DNA from: Halobaculum sp. D14
GTDB lineage: Archaea; Halobacteriota; Halobacteria; Halobacteriales; Haloferacaceae
Direction: 5' to 3'
Length of the DNA stretch: 64,000 nt
Assembly (NCBI RefSeq): GCF_051195135.1
Contig: NZ_JBNTKA010000002.1
Coordinates: 831,298 to 895,297, forward strand
The notes below the pieces were generated by a model. That model was not told the origin of the DNA. It ran no database searches and worked only from the letters and a program-made list of their open reading frames with translations. This document shows positions 9,002-17,055 of the stretch, one piece after another (within the stretch, counting starts at the first letter, position 1; each line of letters begins with the position of its first letter). The position numbers and the translations under genes are program-made.

Positions 9002-10630
9002 CTACTCGGTCGCCGCGGCGACGTGCCGCATCAGTTCGTCCGGAGAGTCCGCGGGGGCGGCGTCGCGGCCGCGGAGCGTCGCCGCGCCGTCCGGCGCGCG
9101 GTCGCTCGCCGGCACCACGACCTTCTCGTGGTCGGCGACGCGGAGCGCCGCCCGGTGGAGGTCTGAGCCGGCGGGGGCGCCGACGTCGACGACGAGCGGC
9201 CGGCGGGTGAGCCGCGCCGCGACGGCGCCGAACCCGGCGACCTGCGCGCCCATCCGCTCGGTGGCGCCCGCGAACGCCCCGACGGCCTCCCGTGCGCGCT
9301 CCCGGTAGTCGTCGTCGCCGGTGAGCGCCGCCAGGTCGACGAGCGCGTCCGCGAACTCGACGGAGCCGTCGATGGGGCGGAGCGGCCGGTCGAGCAGGCC
9401 GGCGCCGGTCGCCGGGCCGTCGCGGAACGCCGCCTCGTCGCCGAGGACGTCGACTGCGCGGTCCGCGACGCGGCGCGCCGTCCCGAGCCCCTCACCGAGC
9501 GTCTGCTCGGCGGCGCAGAACGCCGTCGTGACGCGCGCCGCGTCCGCGAGCAGGTCCGACCCCGCACCGTCAGCGGCACCTGCCGCGTCCGCGCTGCTCG
9601 TCGTCCCCGCTTCGCCTGCCGTCTCCGCGCCGTCGCGGTCCCGGAAGTGGACGACTCGGCCGTCGTCGACGAGGTCGTCGCGGAGGAACGACAGCGCGTC
9701 CTCGGCGGACGTCCGGGCGTCGTCGTCGTCGGTGTACGCGTACAGCGTGAGCAGCGCGTCGGCCGCGAGCGCGTTGCCGCCGGCGTAGCCGGTCAGGTCG
9801 ACGCGGTCGCCGTCCGGCCCGACGCTGCCGCCGAACGCGAACCCGGACCACAGCGACTCGCGCAGGAAGCCGTGGATGCCGTCGGCGACGTCGCGGTACG
9901 TCTCGTCGCCGGTGTGGAGGTAGGCGTTCGCGAACGCCCGGAGCGCGCCGGCGTTGTCCGCGAGCAGTTTCTCGCGCGCCGGGTCCGACCAGTCCCGGGC
10001 GGCGGCGTACCGGAACACGCCGCCGTCGTCGTCGACGAGGTTCCGGTTCACGGCGTCGAGCGTCTGCGTCGCCATGTAGCGGTCGCGCTTCAGCGCGAAC
10101 TCGACGGTGCGCGGCATCGGGAACTTCGCGTCGTCGCCCCACCCGGCGAACTCCGAGTCCCACTGCGACTCCAGTTGGCCGGCGAGGTGCTCTTCGATGT
10201 AGTCGCCGACCGGGCCGTCGGGGGTGTCGTTGCCGGCGAGCGCCCGCGGCACCCGGCCGGCCTCGGCGCCCTTCGCGTCCCACGTCTCCCGGACGCGGTC
10301 CAGAATCCTCCGGAAGCCGTCCGGCGCGAGATACGTCGCCCCGGAGATGAGGTCGCCGCTCGGCGTCGTGAACACGGTCGACGGGAAGCCGCCCATGTTG
10401 TACCGTTCGCGGACCCGCGGCCGCCGGTCGACGTCGACCCGGATCGGGACGAAGCCGTCGTTGACGTTCGCCGCGATGCGCGGCTCACCGAACGTCTCGG
10501 CCGCCATCTCGTGGCAGTCGTCACACCACGTCGCCGTCAAGAACAGCAGGACGGGCTTCCCGTCGCGCTCCGCCTCGTCGAACGCGGCGGCGCCCCACTC
10601 GCGCCACTCGACGTGCGTCTCGTCGGTCAT
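9002..10630 (-). CDS. thioredoxin-domain protein (DUF255/YyaL-like, six-hairpin glycosidase-like C-terminus)
   Basis: N-terminal KPVLLFLTATWCDDCHEM thioredoxin-like motif; 542 aa. Confidence 0.8.
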   Translation of the reverse strand: MTDETHVEWREWGAAAFDEAERDGKPVLLFLTATWCDDCHEMAAETFGEPRIAANVNDGFVPIRVDVDRRPRVRERYNMGGFPSTVFTTPSGDLISGATYLAPDGFRRILDRVRETWDAKGAEAGRVPRALAGNDTPDGPVGDYIEEHLAGQLESQWDSEFAGWGDDAKFPMPRTVEFALKRDRYMATQTLDAVNRNLVDDDGGVFRYAAARDWSDPAREKLLADNAGALRAFANAYLHTGDETYRDVADGIHGFLRESLWSGFAFGGSVGPDGDRVDLTGYAGGNALAADALLTLYAYTDDDDARTSAEDALSFLRDDLVDDGRVVHFRDRDGAETAGEAGTTSSADAAGAADGAGSDLLADAARVTTAFCAAEQTLGEGLGTARRVADRAVDVLGDEAAFRDGPATGAGLLDRPLRPIDGSVEFADALVDLAALTGDDDYRERAREAVGAFAGATERMGAQVAGFGAVAARLTRRPLVVDVGAPAGSDLHRAALRVADHEKVVVPASDRAPDGAATLRGRDAAPADSPDELMRHVAAATE

Positions 10631-10763
10631 ACGCCGAATCCGGGGTGGACGAGGGTAAAGTCGGCGTTTACGGCCGACCTCGCGGCAGCCCCGGGCCGCG
10701 GCCGCAGGCCGCCCGGGAGACGGCCTCCAAAAGGGCTATACGGCGGCCTCGGGTATCCCGACT

Positions 10764-11396
10764 ATGCGCATCCGCGCCCGGTACGTCATCGCGGCGCTCC
10801 TGCTGATTCCGCTGGCCGACATCCTGCTGCTGCTCTGGCTCGCGACGACCGTCATCACGCCCGTCCAGACGGTCGCGGTCGTCGTGCTCACCGGACTCGT
10901 CGGGATGCTGCTCGTCCGCGCCGAAGGCAGACACACGCTCCGCAAACTGGAACGGAAACTCGCCACCGGCGACATCCCGACCCAGGAACTGCTCAACGGC
11001 GCACTCCTCATCGCCGCCGGCGCGTTCCTGCTGACCCCCGGCGTCGTCACCGACGCCATCGGCTTCCTGCTCGCGCTCCCGCCGACGCGCTACCCCGTCC
11101 GGCGCGTCCTCGAGACGTACGTGCTGAAACCGTACCTCGACCGGAAAACCGACGGCTTCGCCACCGGCGCCGTCTGGACGGCCGGCTTCCCGAACGACGG
11201 CTCCGACTCCGGCGGCGGTCCGGGCGGCTCCGGCGGTTTCGGCCCCGGCGGCTTCGGACCGAGCGACGACGGTGACTCCGGCGGCTTCGGCCCGGCCGAC
11301 ACCGGTGGTGCCTCCGGAGACGGCGACGACGTCGTCGACGTCGACCCCGAACACTACTCCGTCGACAGCGACGACTCAGACAGTGAGAACGCATGA
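10764..11396 (+). CDS. fxsA: FxsA family membrane protein with a Gly/Asp-rich tail
   Basis: Two TM helices and the FxsA signature LLTPGVVTDAIGFLLALPPTR. Confidence 0.75.
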   Translation: MRIRARYVIAALLLIPLADILLLLWLATTVITPVQTVAVVVLTGLVGMLLVRAEGRHTLRKLERKLATGDIPTQELLNGALLIAAGAFLLTPGVVTDAIGFLLALPPTRYPVRRVLETYVLKPYLDRKTDGFATGAVWTAGFPNDGSDSGGGPGGSGGFGPGGFGPSDDGDSGGFGPADTGGASGDGDDVVDVDPEHYSVDSDDSDSENA

Positions 11397-11420
11397 CGTG
11401 ACGGTGGTGCCGAACGGAAA

Positions 11421-11430
11421 CGCTTAAACA
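11421..11430 (+). promoter_or_regulatory. putative TATA-like element upstream of tRNA-Ile
   Basis: cgcttaaaca lies about 35-40 nt upstream of the mature tRNA 5' end. Confidence 0.3.
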
Positions 11431-11462
11431 AGTCCCCCCGCAACTCATGATTGCGCTCACCT

Positions 11463-11536
11463 GGGCCAATAGCTCAGTCAGGTTGAGCGCTCGGCTGATA
11501 ACCGGGAGGTCCGCGGTTCAAATCCGCGTTGGCCCA
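11463..11536 (+). tRNA. tRNA-Ile (anticodon GAU)
   Basis: Cloverleaf: acceptor GGGCCAA/TTGGCCC, D stem GCTC/GAGC, anticodon stem CTCGG/CCGGG with loop CTGATAA, T stem CGCGG/CCGCG; 74 nt. Confidence 0.9.
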
Positions 11537-11704
11537 TCCAAAAGTAATCCGGTGCTTTGCCGGATTGAATTGGGCCGTTGGCTCCCCAGCCACCCAATTT
11601 CGACGTTCTAACGATTCTGAGACGGTAGTCTGTCGTCTTGTCCGGGAATACTTCTTGGTACCCCCCGAAGCCGTCGGGCGGTTCGTCTTAGCCGAAACGG
11701 GGTG

Positions 11705-11833
11705 TTAGCCGAGGACGACGAACAGGACGAACAGCAGTCCGAGCGCCGCGAACAGCACGAGGACTCCCTTGATGGCGCCTGTGGCTCCGAAGTCGCTGCC
11801 GGGTCGTCGGCCGCCGCCGCGGAGTCCGCCCAT
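11705..11833 (-). CDS. putative 42-aa membrane peptide
   Basis: MGGLRGGG...VLVLFAALGLLFVLFVVLG has a single C-terminal TM helix and sits in an otherwise ORF-free 600-nt stretch downstream of the tRNA. Confidence 0.3.
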   Translation of the reverse strand: MGGLRGGGRRPGSDFGATGAIKGVLVLFAALGLLFVLFVVLG

Positions 11834-12134
11834 ATATCGGGGGCCGTCCGTGTCCGGCAAAACTGTGGCGGCTCGGCGCCGACGCTGTCTCGGTCGGGGA
11901 CGCAAAACGGGTTGGGTGGGCTCGGGCTGGGATGGGAGTCCGTCCGTCGGGCAAACGGACGGGGTGGCCCGAGCCGAAGCGACGCCCGACTCCGGGCGAG
12001 GGCCAGGCGTCGGCGGCGATATGGACGGCTGCTACAAATAACTGTGGTGAAAGTTCCGGGCGCGTCGGTACGAACAGTTCCGTCCTCGGAACAGCGACCG
12101 GCCCGCGAGGGCGAACGCGGCGGGGCGGTACGCT

Positions 12135-13352
12135 TCAGAACCCTTCGCGGAGGTGTGGTGCCGGGTCGGCTGCCGGGAACGCCTCGTCGAGCGCGGCGAG
12201 CGCGTCGTCGTCCGCGTCGAGGTCGCCGAGCGTCGCGAGGCGGTCGGCGGCGTGTGAGCCGACGACGAGCCGGGAGAGCGCTCCGATTCCGAGCGTGGCG
12301 TCCGGCGAGCCGTCGGTTCGGCCGCAGTCGGCGTCGCCGTCGGCGACGCTGAGGCGGAACGCGTCGTCGTTCCACGGGCAGCCGTCGTCGGTGACGTCGA
12401 GCGCGACGTCGACGTCGGCGCCGTCGGGGTAGTCGACGGCGGTCAGTGCGGCGGGGACGTCGACGACGCGGAGCATCGCGCCCGGCTTGACGGTGGTGTC
12501 CGCCGCGGCGGGGTCGTCGAGCAGGTCGAACAGCCAGTCGGTCGCGTTGCCGCCGAGCCGAACCCGGTCGACCTGCGAGTCGTGCGTCCAGCAGAACCGC
12601 AGCAGGTGGCCGCGCGCCGCCGCGTCGACCGCGGCGTGTTCGCGGACGGCGAGCGTCCGGTCGCCGTCGTCCTCGTCGACGGCGTAGACGACGTAGCCGC
12701 GGAGGTCACCGTCGCGCTCCCAGCCGTACACGAACGGGTCGGACTCCCACGACTGGAAGACGCGGCAGCGCCACCAGTCTTCGGTGCGGTCGAACGCGAG
12801 CGGCTCGGTGGCCGCCGCGTCGTAGACGGCGTCCAGTCGCTCCCAGTCGTCGGGGGCGAGCCGGACGAACTCGCCGGCCGGCTTCGGCGCGGCCGCCGAC
12901 AGCGCGTCCACGTCGACCGTGGTCCGGCTGTACGCCGAGACGCGGGCGTACCCCATCCGGGCGTAGAACTCGTATTTGAACGGCCACAGCGCCGCGAACG
13001 CGACGCCGCCGTCCCGGAGCTCCTCGTGGAGCGCGCCGAGCATCTCGCGGACCAGGCCGCTCCGTCGGTGTTCGGGCGGCGACGCGACCGCGGAGACGCC
13101 GCCGACGTCGTGGACGTCGCCGCGGAGCCGCATCGAGAAGTCGTGGTAGCCGCAGGCGACGCCGAGGTCGTCGGGGTCGAGGTCGGCGGTCGGTGTCGCG
13201 TCGTCGACGTCGTAAAGTCCGCGCCGGTGGAACCCCTCGGGACGGTCCGGGCCGTCGCGGTCGGGGTCGGGGCCGCGTTCGGGGGCGAACGCGTACGCGA
13301 GCAGCCGGTCGTACGCGTCGACGTGGTCGTCGGGGACGGGTCGGTAGTCCAT
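12135..13352 (-). CDS. GNAT family N-acetyltransferase, Eis-like with an SCP2-like C-terminal domain
   Basis: 405 aa; GNAT core RRSGLVREMLGALHEE; Eis-like three-domain length. Confidence 0.7.
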   Translation of the reverse strand: MDYRPVPDDHVDAYDRLLAYAFAPERGPDPDRDGPDRPEGFHRRGLYDVDDATPTADLDPDDLGVACGYHDFSMRLRGDVHDVGGVSAVASPPEHRRSGLVREMLGALHEELRDGGVAFAALWPFKYEFYARMGYARVSAYSRTTVDVDALSAAAPKPAGEFVRLAPDDWERLDAVYDAAATEPLAFDRTEDWWRCRVFQSWESDPFVYGWERDGDLRGYVVYAVDEDDGDRTLAVREHAAVDAAARGHLLRFCWTHDSQVDRVRLGGNATDWLFDLLDDPAAADTTVKPGAMLRVVDVPAALTAVDYPDGADVDVALDVTDDGCPWNDDAFRLSVADGDADCGRTDGSPDATLGIGALSRLVVGSHAADRLATLGDLDADDDALAALDEAFPAADPAPHLREGF

Positions 13353-13476
13353 ACCGCCGGGTGATTTCGCCGCACCAAAGCCCTTGTGTCACCGTGTTTC
13401 GACGCACCGAACGGGAAGCCGCGGCCGTCGCCGGTGGAACCGCGGGATTCACTTGACTGCAACACCGAGTCGACGT

Positions 13477-13773
13477 ATGGCCGACACCGACGGATTCAGC
13501 CGGCACGTGACGCGCGACCGGCTGCTGCTCGCGCTGGTGCTGCTCGTCGGCATCGCCGGCACCGGCATCGTCCGCCGCCAACTCGGCGTCCTGGGGTACA
13601 ACTGGCTCGGCCGGCTCGTCTTCATCTTCGGCTACGGCGGCACCGTGTTCGTCGTCTGGTACGGCTGGATTCGGCCGCTCGACCTCACCGGACCGGACGG
13701 CGGCACCGACCTCTACGCTGACGGCGACCGCTCAGAGGACCGCCCGGGAGACCGCGTGGACGAGAGCGAATGA
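13477..13773 (+). CDS. hypothetical membrane protein
   Basis: Two predicted TM helices; ATG at 13477. Confidence 0.5.
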   Translation: MADTDGFSRHVTRDRLLLALVLLVGIAGTGIVRRQLGVLGYNWLGRLVFIFGYGGTVFVVWYGWIRPLDLTGPDGGTDLYADGDRSEDRPGDRVDESE

Positions 13774-13879
13774 CCGCGATTCGGGGCCGACCCGGCGCAG
13801 CTCGACCGCGGCGGGGCGCTCGCACTCGAACGGAATAACGGAACGTTAATGCGGGCCCCGGAGCCACGGTGAGATACGA

Positions 13880-14128
13880 ATGCTCCCGCTCCAGGTCATC
13901 GACAGCTTCCTGCTCGATTACAACGTCGGGCAGGCGCTCCTGCTCGGGCTCATCCTCACGACGGTCGCCACGCTGCCGGTGTCGCGGAAGGCGCTCGCGC
14001 TCAACACGATCCTGTTCGGCGTGCTGTTCCTGTTGACGCCGCAGACGCTCGTGCCGACGCACTACCTGTTCCTCGGCATCCTGCTCATCGTCGTCGGCCC
14101 GCTCGTGTACGTCACCGCCAGGGACTGA
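13880..14128 (+). CDS. hypothetical small membrane protein
   Basis: 82 aa with three hydrophobic segments. Confidence 0.45.
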   Translation: MLPLQVIDSFLLDYNVGQALLLGLILTTVATLPVSRKALALNTILFGVLFLLTPQTLVPTHYLFLGILLIVVGPLVYVTARD

Positions 14129-14302
14129 CCAGACCGACCGTCGACGCCCCACCGGCCGCCGGCCGGCGGAGCGACGCGGCTCGACTCGTGCGGGCCGCCC
14201 AGCCGGGCGCCCGGCGCGTCACCGCCGGCCGATCCGTCGGATTGCCCCGCCGGCATCGCGTCGAACGCCACGCTTTTCTCGGCAGCAGTCCACCGACGGG
14301 GC

Positions 14303-15178
14303 ATGGTTACCGCTCGCGCACCGGCGACAAGTGCGAACCTCGGGAGCGGCTTCGACACGTTCGGCGTCGCCCTCGCGAACCCGGCGGACGTCGTCACGGT
14401 CGAGCGAGCGGCGACGACATCCATCGAGGTGACCGGCGCGGGCGCACAGTACATCCCGACCGACCCGGCGGACAACGTCGTCGGCGCGGTCGCCGACGCG
14501 CTCGACGCGCCGGCACACATCCGCATCGACAAGGGCGTCCGGCCGTCGTCCGGGCTCGGCTCCTCTGCGGCGTCCGCCGCCGCCGCGGCCGTCGCGCTGA
14601 ACGAACTGTACGACCGGGGGCGGAGCCGGAAGGAACTCGTCCCGGCGGCCGCCGAAGGCGAAGCCGTCGTCTCCGGCGTCGCCCACGCGGACAACGTCGC
14701 GCCGTCGCTGCTCGGCGGCTTCACGGTCGTCACCGACGACGGCGTCACCGCGCTCGACGCGGACCTGCGGCTCGTCGCCTGCCTCCCGGAGGTCGCGGTG
14801 TCGACGCGGGACGCCCGCGGCGTCGTCCCGGACTCCGTCTCCATGGACGACCACGTCGAGACGGTCGGGAACGCCGCGACGCTGGTCGCCGGGGTCTGCC
14901 GGTCGAACCCCGACCTGGTCGGCCGCGGCATGGACGACCCGGTCGTGACGCCGGCGCGGGCGTCGCTCATCACCGGCTACGACGACGTCCGCGACGCCGC
15001 CTTCGACGCCGGCGCGACCGGCGTCACCGTGAGCGGCGCCGGGCCGTCCGTCCTCGCCGTCTGCCGCCACGGGACGCAGCGCGACGTCGCGGCCGCGATG
15101 GTCGACGCCTTCGCGGACGCCGGCGTCGGCGCTCGCGCCTACCAGAGCGAAGTCGGCGACGGAGCCACGGTGCTGTAA
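14303..15178 (+). CDS. thrB: homoserine kinase
   Basis: GHMP kinase motif PSSGLGSSAASAAAA; N-terminal NLGSGFD. Confidence 0.85.
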   Translation: MVTARAPATSANLGSGFDTFGVALANPADVVTVERAATTSIEVTGAGAQYIPTDPADNVVGAVADALDAPAHIRIDKGVRPSSGLGSSAASAAAAAVALNELYDRGRSRKELVPAAAEGEAVVSGVAHADNVAPSLLGGFTVVTDDGVTALDADLRLVACLPEVAVSTRDARGVVPDSVSMDDHVETVGNAATLVAGVCRSNPDLVGRGMDDPVVTPARASLITGYDDVRDAAFDAGATGVTVSGAGPSVLAVCRHGTQRDVAAAMVDAFADAGVGARAYQSEVGDGATVL

Positions 15179-15213
15179 CTCCGTAGCGGTATCCGACGAG
15201 GCTGCAGCTGCCG

Positions 15214-15813
15214 CTACTGCGACTCCTGTGTGCCGTCGATGACGCGAGCGACGACGCGTTCGCGGACCTCCGGCTCCGGAATCGTACAGGCGTCCTTCTG
15301 CCCGAACACCTGGTAACGGTGCTCCGCGACGGCGTCGTACAGCCGGTCGCGGACGCCGCGCGGCACGTACCGGGCGACTCGGAGGAGCCGCCACGGGAAC
15401 TCCAGGTCGCGCGAGACCCGGAGTACGGCGTCGGACTTCCGATACGCGCCGCTGCCGTCGACCACCACGAACGACTCGAACTCTTCGGTCGGCAGGCCCT
15501 CCCGTTCGAGCAGCGCCTGGCCGACCGGCGACGTGAGCGGCGCGAACCGGAAGACGCCGGCGTCGTCGTGCCGGACGATGAACCGGATGCCGGCGTGACA
15601 GAGGTTGCAGACGCCGTCGAACAACACGACCGGGTGTTCGGCCGGGTCGACGCCAGCCAGCGGGTCGTCGCCGTCGCTGGCGGTGCTGGCCGCGGCTGCG
15701 TCGCCGCCGCCGGCGGCGCGGTCCGGCCCGTCGTCCCCGTCGCCTCCGTGGTCTCCCTCGCCGGCTTCGTCGGCGTCGCTCATCACCGGTGGTACGTCGC
15801 GGAGCGGCATCAA
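15214..15813 (-). CDS. thiol-disulfide oxidoreductase, DCC family (DUF393)
   Basis: FDGVCNLC motif; the true start may be the internal MSDADEAG. Confidence 0.75.
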   Translation of the reverse strand: MMPLRDVPPVMSDADEAGEGDHGGDGDDGPDRAAGGGDAAAASTASDGDDPLAGVDPAEHPVVLFDGVCNLCHAGIRFIVRHDDAGVFRFAPLTSPVGQALLEREGLPTEEFESFVVVDGSGAYRKSDAVLRVSRDLEFPWRLLRVARYVPRGVRDRLYDAVAEHRYQVFGQKDACTIPEPEVRERVVARVIDGTQESQ

Positions 15814-16039
15814 CGCGGCGGCAGCGCCGAAGGGGTGGTGCTGGCAGGCGACACGGACCGGCGGCTCCGCGGGGCGCCGTGTCGCACAGCCGCGTACCGC
15901 CCCGCGGTGACGGTTACGTCACGGGGCGGCTGCGTCGGTATCCGATAAAAAGGTCGTGCGTCAGTTCCTCGTCGACGACGCGGCTCGGCGTCGACGCGGA
16001 TGGCGATGGTGTCTCGACGTCGGCGGCGACGTTCGCCGT

Positions 16040-16945
16040 TCAGACGCCGCGGCCCTGCAGTTTCTCCTCTTCGCGCATCGTCTCGTTCGCCTGCCCCTTC
16101 ATGCCCTTGCCGAGGTCCTTCGAGATCTCCTTGAGGGTCTCGGGGTCGTCGTAGTTGTTGACGGCGTTGACGATGGCCGACCCCATCTTGACGGGGTCCT
16201 CCGCGCCGAAGATGCCGGAGCCGACGAAGATGCCGTCACAGCCGTGCTGCATCATCAGGGCGGCGTCGGCGGGCGTCGCGATGCCGCCGGCGGCGAAGTT
16301 CACGACCGGGAGCCGGCCCATCTCCGCGGTCTCGTGGACGAGGTCGCGCGGCGCCTCGTTCTCGCGGGCCCACTCGTCGCGCTCCTCGAAGTTCATGCCG
16401 GAGAGCATGCGGATGGACCGCTGGATGTTGCGCTGGTGGGTGACGGCCTGGTTGACGTCGCCGGTGCCGGCTTCGCCTTTCGTCCGAATCATCGCGGCGC
16501 CCTCGTCGATGCGGCGGAGCGCCTCACCGAGGTTGCGGGCGCCGCAGACGAACGGCGACGTGAACTCGCGCTTGTCGATGTGGTAGCGCTCGTCGGCGGT
16601 CGTCAGCACCTCGGACTCGTCGATCATGTCGGCGCCGGTGGCTTCGAGAATCTGCGCCTCGGCGGTGTGGCCGATGCGGCACTTCCCCATCACCGGAATC
16701 GACACTTCGTCGATGATGCCTTCGAGCTTCCCGGGGTCGGCCATCCTGGCGACGCCGCCGCGCTTCCGGATGTCGGCCGGAACCGCCTCCAGCGACATCA
16801 CGGCGACCGCGCCGGCGTCCTCCGCGATGCGCGCCTGCTCGCGGTCGACGACGTCCATGATGACGCCGCCCTTCTGCATCCGTGCGAAGCCGCGTTTCAC
16901 GAGGTCCGTGCCGCGTCGGAGTTCCTCGAGGTCCGTCTCGGTCAT
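16040..16945 (-). CDS. pdxS: pyridoxal 5'-phosphate synthase subunit PdxS
   Basis: Highly conserved over its length: GGVIMDV, AVMSLE, PADIRK, KCRIGH. Confidence 0.95.
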   Translation of the reverse strand: MTETDLEELRRGTDLVKRGFARMQKGGVIMDVVDREQARIAEDAGAVAVMSLEAVPADIRKRGGVARMADPGKLEGIIDEVSIPVMGKCRIGHTAEAQILEATGADMIDESEVLTTADERYHIDKREFTSPFVCGARNLGEALRRIDEGAAMIRTKGEAGTGDVNQAVTHQRNIQRSIRMLSGMNFEERDEWARENEAPRDLVHETAEMGRLPVVNFAAGGIATPADAALMMQHGCDGIFVGSGIFGAEDPVKMGSAIVNAVNNYDDPETLKEISKDLGKGMKGQANETMREEEKLQGRGV

Positions 16946-17055
16946 GGTTCAGCTTGCGCCCCGACCCACTTAACCGGTGTCCTTCCCCCGACGCGCCTGC
17001 CGCAATCAGCCGCCGGCGCCCCGACGACGCGCTTCGGCTGCGTCGCCGTCGCGGC

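Noticed and set aside
11540-12134. Integrated element at the tRNA-Ile 3' end
   Set aside because: There is no integrase, no att direct repeat and no GC-content shift. The downstream gene is an ordinary GNAT.
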